Source of the DNA: a candidate division TA06 bacterium JGI_Cruoil_03_38_101
Lineage (GTDB): Bacteria > Hydrothermota > UBA3072
Direction of reading: 5' to 3'
DNA length: 64,000 bases
Assembly (NCBI GenBank): GCA_002215665.1
Contig: NGFL01000063.1
Location: 8,049 to 72,048 of the forward strand
In this document: positions 39,142 through 48,084 of the stretch, piece after piece
Layout: every line of letters starts with the position of its first letter
Position numbering within the stretch: the first letter of the stretch is position 1
Notes under the pieces: model-generated
Seen by the model: only the letters and a program-made list of their open reading frames with translations
What the model was told of the DNA's origin: nothing
Databases searched by the model: none
Made by a program: the position numbers and the translations under genes

Positions 39142-40338
39142 TTATTCTTCTAATCGGAAAGCCTTATGTAGAGCATTAATAGCCCTTTTTTCATCCTCTT
39201 TTTTTATCAGGCAAGCAATAGAGATATGAGAATCAGTTGATTGATATATAGAGATATTCTCTCTTTTTAGTACTTCTATAATAGTTGCCATAATTCCGGG
39301 TCTTCCAGTCATACCGGCTCCTACAACTGAAACCTTTATGTAACCATCAAGGAGGGTAAAATCAAATTTTCCATTCTCTAAGATATTTACAATTTTCTCT
39401 CTATTGAGAGATTCGACTATAAAAGTTATCTCATCAGATCGTGTATTTATGAAATCAACACTTATTCCTTCGTGGGCGAGTATCTTAAAAACCTCAAGAC
39501 CCCTATCATAATCAGACTTTTCTTCCGGTTTTATCTTTACAAAAACAATATTATTTTGGCTGGCTATTCCGGTGACTGGTTGGTTTCTTTTAACTTCCTT
39601 TTCTATCCTTGTCCCGGATTTCCCCTCCAGAATTGATTTAATTTCAATGGGAATTTCGTTATTCATTCCTATTTCAGCTGCCAGGGGATGGATAATCTTC
39701 GCGCCTTGATAAGCGAGTTCACAAACCTCCTTATAGCTTGCTCTATTTAAGATTTTGGCTTTCTTAACCAGTGATGGGTCAGCAGTCATCAGACCCTCAA
39801 CATCAGTGTATATTTCTATAAAAAGAGCATCAATGGCAGCAGCGATGATACAAGCGGTTATATCACTGCCACCACGACCGAGAGTCGTTATTTCTCCAGA
39901 ATCGCTTATACCCTGAAAACCCGCTATTACCGGTACTATTTCATTCTTTATAGATTGCAGAATGCGTTTAGGGTTTACTTTCTGGACTCGGGTCTCCCCA
40001 AAATTATCATCTGTAATTATTCCTGCTTGAGCTCCTGTGAGAGCAATCCCTTTAATTCCTAAGGCTTTCAAGGCTTGGACTATCATAACAGAGGATATAA
40101 TTTCACCACAGGACATAAGTAGATCCTTCTCCCTGTTTTGAATATTGATAAAATCCTCTTTTGCAATTTCAACCAATGTATCTGTAGCATAAGGGAAACC
40201 CTTTCTTCCCATTGCCGAGACAACGACAACAGGAAAATAATTCGTCTCTATTGCTTTTTGAATATGTTTTGCTGCTATTTTCCTTTTCCAAGCAGTATCC
40301 AGAGTTGTTCCTCCAAACTTCTGCACAATCTTATTCAT
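39142..40338 (-). CDS. lysC: Aspartate kinase
   Basis: 398 aa; N-terminal KFGGTTL, kinase domain plus two C-terminal ACT domains. Confidence 0.95.
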   Translation of the reverse strand: MNKIVQKFGGTTLDTAWKRKIAAKHIQKAIETNYFPVVVVSAMGRKGFPYATDTLVEIAKEDFINIQNREKDLLMSCGEIISSVMIVQALKALGIKGIALTGAQAGIITDDNFGETRVQKVNPKRILQSIKNEIVPVIAGFQGISDSGEITTLGRGGSDITACIIAAAIDALFIEIYTDVEGLMTADPSLVKKAKILNRASYKEVCELAYQGAKIIHPLAAEIGMNNEIPIEIKSILEGKSGTRIEKEVKRNQPVTGIASQNNIVFVKIKPEEKSDYDRGLEVFKILAHEGISVDFINTRSDEITFIVESLNREKIVNILENGKFDFTLLDGYIKVSVVGAGMTGRPGIMATIIEVLKRENISIYQSTDSHISIACLIKKEDEKRAINALHKAFRLEE

Positions 40339-41347
40339 TTAAAATCAACCTTTCAGCAATCTGAATGGCATTTAAGGCTGCCCCCTTGCGAAGATTATTG
40401 GCAACAATCCACATATTGATTCCATTTTCAATGGAGTAGTCCTCTCTTAACCTTCCTACCATAACATTATCATCATTCTCAGACATAAGGGGTGTGGGAT
40501 ATAATAGTTTTTCAGGGTCATCAACAACTTTAATTCCTTCAGCAGAATCTAATAGTTTTCTTAAATGGCTAATGGAGATCTTTTTCTCTGTTTCTATATT
40601 TACTGATTCACAATGTCCATATAAAACAGGGACCCTCACAGTTGTTGCAGTGATAGAAAGTTCGGGGTCATCAAGAATCTTTCTTGTTTCTCTCGTCATT
40701 TTTAATTCTTCTTCAGTGTAGCCATTCTCATGAAAGGTATCAATGTGAGGTAGGACATTAAAAGCTATTTGGTAGGGATATACTTTAGAGGTTAATTTAT
40801 CCCCTTTGGTGTATTGAATGATTTGGCGTTTCAATTCCTCAATGGCATCTTTGCCGGTTCCTGAGACAGCTTGATAAGTACTTACTACTATTCTTTTAAT
40901 GCCAACTTCATCATAAATAGGCTTTAAGGCAGTAACCATTTGAATGGTTGAGCAATTGGGGTTTGCTATAATCCCCTTATTTTTGAATATTTCTTTTGGG
41001 TTGACCTCGGGAACCACTAAGGGAACAGAATCATCCATTCTGAAGGCATTCGTATTGTCTATAACAATAGCCCCGCTTTTAACCGCCGAAGGGGCAAACT
41101 TAAGACTTGCGCTACTCCCTGCGCTAAATATAGCTAGATCAATTCCTTTAAAAGATCCAGGTTGTGCGACTTCAACTACGCGATTCATACCTCTGAAGTT
41201 TATTTCCATTCCGGCTGATTTTTCAGTAGCAAGCAATCTTATTTCTTTAACTGGGAAATTCCTTTCTTCAAGGATCTTAATCACTTCTCTACCCACCGCA
41301 CCGGTGGCTCCTAAAATTGCAACATTGTAAGTAATCAAAATATCCAC
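40331..41347 (-). CDS. asd: Aspartate-semialdehyde dehydrogenase
   Basis: 338 aa; NVAILGATGAVGRE Rossmann N-terminus; catalytic Cys in ANPNCSTI. Confidence 0.95.
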   Translation of the reverse strand: MDILITYNVAILGATGAVGREVIKILEERNFPVKEIRLLATEKSAGMEINFRGMNRVVEVAQPGSFKGIDLAIFSAGSSASLKFAPSAVKSGAIVIDNTNAFRMDDSVPLVVPEVNPKEIFKNKGIIANPNCSTIQMVTALKPIYDEVGIKRIVVSTYQAVSGTGKDAIEELKRQIIQYTKGDKLTSKVYPYQIAFNVLPHIDTFHENGYTEEELKMTRETRKILDDPELSITATTVRVPVLYGHCESVNIETEKKISISHLRKLLDSAEGIKVVDDPEKLLYPTPLMSENDDNVMVGRLREDYSIENGINMWIVANNLRKGAALNAIQIAERLILNE

Positions 41348-41464
41348 CGCCTCCTTTACATTATGCTTTATTTACATATAAATTCCATAAATATTTTGTC
41401 AAGTGCAGGATTTTTGCATCTAAAAAATTAGGAAAACTTTGAATAAGGTTTTAGTAGGGTTCCT

Positions 41465-42004
41465 CTATAAACATCTATCCTCTTTTCTCATCTTTATTGT
41501 TACAAATGCGCCTTCTCCATAACCATCATGGATTTCATCAACCCCTTTAAGTTCTGAAGGTTGATGGAAAAGAGTCTGTTTTATATCGGGTTTCCTGAAA
41601 CCATTTTTTTTAAGTTTTTTAAGAACTTCACTTGTGGAGTAAAACTTGGCTATAGAATAGAATGGACTCTCTTCTTTTCTATCCATATAAAGCTTTCCTA
41701 AAAAACTCTTTCGGTTAATAAAACCTAAAATTATACTTCCTCCATGGTTTAATATTCTCCAAGACTCTATAAATGTTTTTTCAATGTCAAAAACGAAGCA
41801 AATTGTTGTTGTAATTAAAACAAAATCAAAAGAACAAGAGGCAATGGGGAGTTTTTCAGCTACACCCAGGGAAACGATTATCCCTCTCTTTTTAGCCATC
41901 CTGGCCATAGAAAGTGAAGGGTCAACACCTATTTTTATCCCAAGAGGTTTTGCAAATCTTCCAGAACCAACACCAATTTCAATTCCTCTTCCCCTGATCT
42001 GCAA
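41465..42004 (-). CDS. Class I SAM-dependent methyltransferase (Methyltransf_11-like); reading frame extends ~35 codons upstream to ~42111 without a canonical start
   Basis: Motif I IEIGVGSGRF only 8 aa after the track's first codon (TTG); upstream in-frame sequence ...YDRWFERNRFAYLSELEALKAL looks like a genuine MT N-terminus. Confidence 0.7.
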   Translation of the reverse strand: MQIRGRGIEIGVGSGRFAKPLGIKIGVDPSLSMARMAKKRGIIVSLGVAEKLPIASCSFDFVLITTTICFVFDIEKTFIESWRILNHGGSIILGFINRKSFLGKLYMDRKEESPFYSIAKFYSTSEVLKKLKKNGFRKPDIKQTLFHQPSELKGVDEIHDGYGEGAFVTIKMRKEDRCL

Positions 42005-42123
42005 TGCTTTCAGGGCTTCTAATTCAGATAAATAAGCAAAACGATTCCTTTCAAACCACCTATCATATTGATCAGAGTATCGCTCAAAGGGTTCTATTTT
42101 TGGTATAATTTTTTCCCTTCAAA

Positions 42124-42432
42124 CTAACCCAGCCTTATTGCTTTAACCGGACAGGCAGCAACACAGATGCCACAACCCGTGCATTTTGTCTTATCAATCT
42201 TTGCGGTTTCATTTATAGAAATAGCATTAATAGGACATTGGTTGACACAAATCCCGCATCCTGTGCATTTTTCCTTATCAACAATAGCTTTTTGTTGCTT
42301 AATAGTTATCTGTCTTTGAGGTGGGGAAACCCTGTTTACTGGCTCTTGAAAGAACCTACTTCTCCCTCTACCCAAACCTCTACCAGTTCCTGGACCCTTT
42401 CCCATTGGACCTGTTCCATCTCCTCTTGGCAT
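42124..42432 (-). CDS. DUF5320-like Gly/Arg-rich N-terminal domain fused to 2x[4Fe-4S] ferredoxin
   Basis: 102 aa; MPRGDGTGPMGKGPGTGRGLGRGR N-terminus; two CxxCxxCxxxCP motifs (CTGCGICVNQCP, CTGCGICVAACP); strong SD AAAGGAGG. Confidence 0.65.
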   Translation of the reverse strand: MPRGDGTGPMGKGPGTGRGLGRGRSRFFQEPVNRVSPPQRQITIKQQKAIVDKEKCTGCGICVNQCPINAISINETAKIDKTKCTGCGICVAACPVKAIRLG

Positions 42433-42627
42433 AGTTCTACCTCCTTTTCATTAAATTAAAAATATATCCTTAAGATTCTTTCGAAGCAATTATGAACTAT
42501 AGTTCAAATTTAATATAGTATTAAAAGTTGATCTGTCAAGTTCAGTTTTTTGCAAGTAGTAAAAAGTTTTGGCGGGTTATTTAAAATTCTCTATTGCTTT
42601 TTTTAAGTTTTTTTTTATTATCGTATT

Positions 42628-43257
42628 ATGAAATTCTTTAGTTTTATTCCAATTGAGGGTATAATTTTTGGTATTATCTCTTTATTACTTTTTATCCTTT
42701 TTTTAAGGAGAATAAGAAGGAGAGAGGGGGGTTTATTTATATATATGGCTAATATTATAGGCATAATACTCTTTGGTCTTCTATCTTCAACATTCTTACT
42801 TCTGTACTCCAGTTTTAAGAATTATCACAATTTTACCTATAAGAAAACCATTGCTTCTATTGTCTGTCCAATGAAAGAATCAGATTGGTTTGTGCTGAAG
42901 CTCATACCCGAAAATGGAGAGGAAAAGAATTTCCGATTCTATCGTTTGAAAGGTCAACAATTCATTATTGAGGGTCACATTGTAAAGTGGAAGGATTTCT
43001 TTATTTCTCTGGGTATGAAGCCTTTATACCAGGTTAATAGACTCTCAGGCAGGTATACATTGATAGAAGATGAGAAACAAAAAGAACGAAGTGTTTATGA
43101 GTTAGAAAAAGAATCTAAATTCTGGAGATTCATGATGAGGCATGGTAAACTGATTCCTGGTGTAGATGCAGTTTATGGGACTGCTTCATTTACCAATCCA
43201 AGAGAGAATGATACCCTCAAGTTGAAGATAACAAACTATGGATTTATGCTCCAATAA
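42628..43257 (+). CDS. Hypothetical membrane protein (two N-terminal TM helices plus soluble domain)
   Basis: 209 aa; no recognisable family. Confidence 0.45.
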   Translation: MKFFSFIPIEGIIFGIISLLLFILFLRRIRRREGGLFIYMANIIGIILFGLLSSTFLLLYSSFKNYHNFTYKKTIASIVCPMKESDWFVLKLIPENGEEKNFRFYRLKGQQFIIEGHIVKWKDFFISLGMKPLYQVNRLSGRYTLIEDEKQKERSVYELEKESKFWRFMMRHGKLIPGVDAVYGTASFTNPRENDTLKLKITNYGFMLQ

Positions 43258-43282
43258 AGGAAGAATAACTAAGATTGCTCGC

Positions 43283-43954
43283 TTAATGCTCCCCAGTCAT
43301 AGGAACGAATCGAACCGGGATAACATTCTTTTTTGTTATTCCACTTGAATCTTTTGTTATAAGAATTAGATTTTGATAGTAAAAGCCAACAGGAATCACC
43401 ATTTTTCCTCCTATCTTGAGTTGGGAGGCAAGAGGTGGAGGTATTTCCTCTGGTGCACAGGTAACAACGATTTTATCAAAAGGAGCGTGCTTTTTCCATC
43501 CTTTGTAACCATCACCACTTTTTACGATAACATTATCATAATCAAGACTATCCAGTCTCTTTTTGGCTGAAGCTGCAAGCTCTGGAATTATCTCAATTGT
43601 AAAGACCGAATCTGCAAGAAGAGAGAGTATTGCTGATTGATATCCAGAACCTGTACCAACTTCAAGAACTTTGTCTTGTTTTTTTATGTCGAGTAATTCG
43701 GTCATTAGTGCTACGATATAGGGCTGTGATATTGTCTGGTTGTAGGGTATAGGTAGAGGAGAGTCCTCATAAGCGAATAATTGGTATTTTTTAGGGACAA
43801 AGAGATGTCTCTTTACCTTAAGCATTGCTTTTACAACTGAACTATCTCTAATTCCACGGGCAATTATTTGCTCACTCACCATTCTCTTCCTGAGGATGGT
43901 GTAATCAGGCGAATAATCGGTAGAGAGAGCTAAAAATAATAACAAAAAAATCAT
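43283..43954 (-). CDS. pcm: Protein-L-isoaspartate O-methyltransferase (probable true start at Met26, ~43879)
   Basis: VLEVGTGSGYQSAIL motif I and the PIMT family fold; Met26 (MVSEQIIARGI) has an AGGAAG SD, whereas Met1 has none. Confidence 0.85.
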   Translation of the reverse strand: MIFLLLFLALSTDYSPDYTILRKRMVSEQIIARGIRDSSVVKAMLKVKRHLFVPKKYQLFAYEDSPLPIPYNQTISQPYIVALMTELLDIKKQDKVLEVGTGSGYQSAILSLLADSVFTIEIIPELAASAKKRLDSLDYDNVIVKSGDGYKGWKKHAPFDKIVVTCAPEEIPPPLASQLKIGGKMVIPVGFYYQNLILITKDSSGITKKNVIPVRFVPMTGEH

Positions 43955-43970
43955 TTTTTAAATTAAAAAT

Positions 43971-45917
43971 TTATAGATTCTCAATATCAACAGGTTTTAC
44001 CCTATCACCGAGTTTGAATCCAAAGATGCGGGAATAGAAGTACAATTCAGCTTCTAAAGCCCTTTTAATATTCTCCTCTCTACGAAATCCATGTTGTTCT
44101 CCCTTAAAAGAAATGTAAGCAACGGGTAACCCCTTTTTTCTTAAAGCGGCTACCAGGGATTCAGATTGAGCTGGCGGGACGATTTTATCCTCAAGCCCCT
44201 GAAAGAAAATTACTGGGGATGAAAGTTGGTTGGTATGTTTAATGGGCGAACGTTCCTGGTAGATTTTTCTTTTATCTGGATAAGGACCTATCAAACCGTC
44301 AAGGTAGTGAGATTCAAATTTATGAGTCTCCTTAGCAAGAGATTCAAGGTCACTTATACCGTAGTAACTTGCACCGGCTTTAAAGAAATTACGAAAGGTA
44401 AGAGCGGAAAGAGTTGTGTAACCACCTGCACTTCCACCACGAATAATGAGTCGGTCTTTATCTGCTTTTCCTCTTTCCACAAGATATCGAGCTCCATTCA
44501 CACAATCGTCAATGTCAACTATACCCCATTTGTGGTTGAGGCGTTTGCGATACTCACGGCCATAACCTGTGCTACCTCCATAGTTTACATCAAGAACCGC
44601 AAAGCCCCTACTAGACCAGAACTGTATAGGTAAACTTAGAGTACTGGAAGTAGATGATGTGGGACCTCCATGGCCTGTAACAATAAGGGGAGGAAGTTCC
44701 TTGGGTGGAGAAGTGTAATCTTTATTTTTTGGAGGATAATGTAGTCCATATGCCTTCTTATTTTCTTCTGTCGGAAAACTTATAGCTTCTGGAAAAGATA
44801 GATAACCTGGATCAACTGATAACTTAGTTGAGGATTGTAAAACCTCGTAATTAAGAGTTGAAAGATCAATTTTGACTAATGACATTGGCCTAGACCATGA
44901 GCCTCCAGTGAAAACCGCCCTCCCTCCTTCAACTTTGAGTAATGAGATATAAGAATATGGAATTTTGATTTTTTCCATATCTCCCGAACTTAAATCAATA
45001 TGCGCAAGATTCCATTTTCCCTCTTTAGTGTAAGAACAAATAATGTTACCTTCTGAGTCAAAACCATAGGTGGATAATCCAAAGACCCATTGGGGCTTCC
45101 CAAACTCTGCCTTCATCTTAACGACATTTTCAATTTTACCTTCTTTCAAACGGTATAAATTCCACCAGCCATTTCTATCCGAAATAAAATATATTTCCCC
45201 ATCGCAAGACCATTCAGGCTGGAATATAGATTCATTAATACTGCCAGCGACTTTCTTGGATTTACCAATTGACCCATCATCCTTCAATTCACCAACCCAG
45301 AGCTCATTTCCATCCCAGGGCATATTTGGATGATTCCAAGTAAGCCACATTAGCTGATTCCCTTTGGGACCAAGTCTCGGTGATGAGTAAAAGTCGTTTC
45401 CTGAAACGAGAACCTTAGCATTGTTATTACCTTCAAGATCAATGCTTACAAGGGTATTGATAGGCGAAATTCCTTTATTTCTGTGATCCTCTCTGACGCA
45501 AATTAGACGTTTTCGCCTTTTATCTATAATTCCATCTGCATAACGCAAGTTCCCTTCAGGAGTGATTGGTTCAGGGTTCTTGCCAGGTAGTTTTCTATAA
45601 ATGCGTTGATCTTCAAAATTCGAAAAGTAAAGGGTCCCATCCTTAACAGTGAAAGAACCTCCACCGTACTCGTGCACCCTGGTTCTTGCATTGAATGGAG
45701 GTGGAATGAGGTCAATCTTCTCTTTATCTACTCTCATCCTCACAATAACATTCCTCCCACCTTCATAAGGGCGAGATTCACTCCAATAGATATCTTTATG
45801 ATCGATTATAATTTCTCCCAGTTGAATAGATTTTTTCACAATGAGATCTGTAGTTATAGGTGATTTCCATGAACCAAAAGGTGCCACTTTTTTCTTAAGG
45901 TTCTTTTTTCTTTTCAA
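43971..45917 (-). CDS. S9 family serine peptidase (acylaminoacyl-peptidase/dipeptidyl aminopeptidase-like) with N-terminal beta-propeller
   Basis: 648 aa; catalytic GGSAGG serine motif, C-terminal alpha/beta hydrolase with Asp/His. Confidence 0.85.
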   Translation of the reverse strand: MKRKKNLKKKVAPFGSWKSPITTDLIVKKSIQLGEIIIDHKDIYWSESRPYEGGRNVIVRMRVDKEKIDLIPPPFNARTRVHEYGGGSFTVKDGTLYFSNFEDQRIYRKLPGKNPEPITPEGNLRYADGIIDKRRKRLICVREDHRNKGISPINTLVSIDLEGNNNAKVLVSGNDFYSSPRLGPKGNQLMWLTWNHPNMPWDGNELWVGELKDDGSIGKSKKVAGSINESIFQPEWSCDGEIYFISDRNGWWNLYRLKEGKIENVVKMKAEFGKPQWVFGLSTYGFDSEGNIICSYTKEGKWNLAHIDLSSGDMEKIKIPYSYISLLKVEGGRAVFTGGSWSRPMSLVKIDLSTLNYEVLQSSTKLSVDPGYLSFPEAISFPTEENKKAYGLHYPPKNKDYTSPPKELPPLIVTGHGGPTSSTSSTLSLPIQFWSSRGFAVLDVNYGGSTGYGREYRKRLNHKWGIVDIDDCVNGARYLVERGKADKDRLIIRGGSAGGYTTLSALTFRNFFKAGASYYGISDLESLAKETHKFESHYLDGLIGPYPDKRKIYQERSPIKHTNQLSSPVIFFQGLEDKIVPPAQSESLVAALRKKGLPVAYISFKGEQHGFRREENIKRALEAELYFYSRIFGFKLGDRVKPVDIENL

Positions 45918-48070
45918 TTTTCTTCCTCTTTAATATTCATTCCAAGTTGATCCATCAGAAAAGCCATTTCTTCTGAGCGCTGCTCAATCCGGGATGATAT
46001 TGTCGTTCCTCCAGCATGGCCAGAGGATTTCCTGATTAATAAGAGGATTGGCTTTCCATTTGGATTTGCCTCCTCGAGTCTTGCTACCATTTTACGGGCA
46101 TGAAGAGGATCAACTCTGGCGTCATTTTCACTTCCTGTAATAAGGGCTGCAGGATATTTGGTTCCATCGACAACATTATGATATGGAGAATATTTATATA
46201 GATATTTAAATTGTTCAGGATTTTCGGAGTTGCCATACTCTGTTGACCAGATGTTAGCATAACCAAATTTATGATACCTGATCATATCTAATAAGGGAAC
46301 TGCACAATTGACAACCTTGAACAGTTCAGGTCTCTGAACCATAACAGCACCAACTAACAAACCACCATTGCTTCCACCTGATATAGCTAATTTTTCAGGT
46401 TTGGTGTATTTGTTTTTAATTAGCCATTCTGCTGCTTTAATAAAGTCATCAAAGACGTTCTGCTTGTTCTCTCTCATTCCAGCTTCATGCCATTTCCTGC
46501 CGTATTCGCCACCTCCTCGAAGGTTTGGTATGGCAAGTACTCCACCAGCCTCGAGCCATACTATATAATTAGTTGAGAACCTTGGGGTTATCGATACCTC
46601 AAAGCCTCCATATCCTGTGAGAAGGGTGGGATTTTCGCCATTCCTTTTTAGGTCTTTACAATGAACAAGGAACATTGAAACCCTTGTTCCATCCTTTGAA
46701 GAATACCATACCTGTTCTGTAGTATAATTGGAGACATCAATATCAATTGGTAGTTTATGGTATAATTCAAGTTTGTCCCCAGCAAAGTCGTATTTGTAAG
46801 TTGTTGCAGGATAAGTGAAGGATGAAAAACCGACCCATACAACCTCTTTTGACCAGTATCCCCAAACTGAAGCAGAACCGATTGCTGGGAGGGGAAGATC
46901 CCTTAAGTATTCACCTTCCAAAGAATATATCTTGATCTTTGTCATGGCATTATGAGAATAAACAGCATAAATATGACCTGCAATTCCTCTTATATATAAG
47001 AGTCTATCCTTTGTTTCAGGAATAAATTCCTTCCAGTTTTCCCTTTCAGGCTTGTCTATATTAGTTGCATAAACCTTACCCTTAGGCGCATCTTTATCAG
47101 TTTTTATAAAGAACTTATCTTCAATAACCTCTACACTGTAACCGGCGTCGAAACCTTTTGCAAGAGGGATAGGAGGTTCGCCGCAACCTACCCTTTTGAA
47201 ATAAACTTCGTTTTTACTAAACTGATACCTATAAAATAGAATATAATTGCCATCTTCAGAAACGGATGCACCATGGAAATACTCTTTGACCTTATCATGG
47301 TAAAAGACTTTTTTATCCTCAAAACCTTGTGTTCCCAGTTTGTGGGAATAAACGGAGTTCCAGTAATGCTCCTCTCCTTTGGAGACTTTTCCTTTTCGAG
47401 GATTTGCAGAATAAAAAAAACCTGAATTATCCGGGAGCCAGGATACATCTCCCTGTCTCCAACCTTTTAGAGTATCGGACAATATCTTCTTAGTTGAAAC
47501 CTCCATTATCCTTATTACAGGATTCTCGTTTCCTCCTTTGGCCTTACCAAAGGCAAGATATTTCCCATCCCTTGAAGGCGCTGTTAAATCCAATGTTTCA
47601 GTTGGCCCCCATTTATTTGGATTAAGAAGTTCAACTGTCTTTGACGAATCGTTCTCTTTTGTATTGTAAACCCAGAGCTCATCTTCTTTCTTTTTTGTTC
47701 TAAAAAAAATCCTTTCACCATCAAGGACTTTTAGAGGAATTCCTTCATCATCATATTTGGATAATTGTGTAAGTCTCCTGATTAACCTTTCCCGTTGAGG
47801 TAATGGGTCTATGATTAAATGTGTCAATTTTTCCTGTTTTTTAGTCCATTCCTGCACCTTTGGATCATTACTATCCTCAAGCCAGCGGTAGTTGTCGATA
47901 ATAACTGTGCCATGAAGAGTGTCAACCACAGGTATTTTTTCATTTAGCGGATAGTTACCTCTCTTGTATTTACCACTGCATCCTACCTCTCCAAGAGTAA
48001 GAGTTGCAATGGATACCACAAAAATTAGTTTTCTAAATTTCATAATGTTCATTTCACCTCCTATTTTCAA
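45914..48070 (-). CDS. Prolyl oligopeptidase family (S9A) lipoprotein
   Basis: 718 aa; lipobox LTLGEVGCSGK; N-terminal propeller; catalytic ISGGSNGGLL. Confidence 0.85.
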   Translation of the reverse strand: MKIGGEMNIMKFRKLIFVVSIATLTLGEVGCSGKYKRGNYPLNEKIPVVDTLHGTVIIDNYRWLEDSNDPKVQEWTKKQEKLTHLIIDPLPQRERLIRRLTQLSKYDDEGIPLKVLDGERIFFRTKKKEDELWVYNTKENDSSKTVELLNPNKWGPTETLDLTAPSRDGKYLAFGKAKGGNENPVIRIMEVSTKKILSDTLKGWRQGDVSWLPDNSGFFYSANPRKGKVSKGEEHYWNSVYSHKLGTQGFEDKKVFYHDKVKEYFHGASVSEDGNYILFYRYQFSKNEVYFKRVGCGEPPIPLAKGFDAGYSVEVIEDKFFIKTDKDAPKGKVYATNIDKPERENWKEFIPETKDRLLYIRGIAGHIYAVYSHNAMTKIKIYSLEGEYLRDLPLPAIGSASVWGYWSKEVVWVGFSSFTYPATTYKYDFAGDKLELYHKLPIDIDVSNYTTEQVWYSSKDGTRVSMFLVHCKDLKRNGENPTLLTGYGGFEVSITPRFSTNYIVWLEAGGVLAIPNLRGGGEYGRKWHEAGMRENKQNVFDDFIKAAEWLIKNKYTKPEKLAISGGSNGGLLVGAVMVQRPELFKVVNCAVPLLDMIRYHKFGYANIWSTEYGNSENPEQFKYLYKYSPYHNVVDGTKYPAALITGSENDARVDPLHARKMVARLEEANPNGKPILLLIRKSSGHAGGTTISSRIEQRSEEMAFLMDQLGMNIKEEEN

Positions 48071-48084
48071 AATTTATTATCTCG

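Noticed and set aside
43879-43954. N-terminal hydrophobic extension (MIFLLLFLALSTDYSPDYTILRKR) on pcm, suggesting an exported isoaspartyl methyltransferase
   Set aside because: The internal Met26 (MVSEQIIARGI, the usual PIMT N-terminus) has a good SD (AGGAAG), while Met1 has none. The extension is most likely untranslated.
43971-48070. Tandem S9 peptidases as a possible specialised proteolytic island
   Set aside because: Both are ordinary S9 family members (one a lipoprotein) with no accompanying regulators or unusual domains. This is not distinctive enough to call a system.
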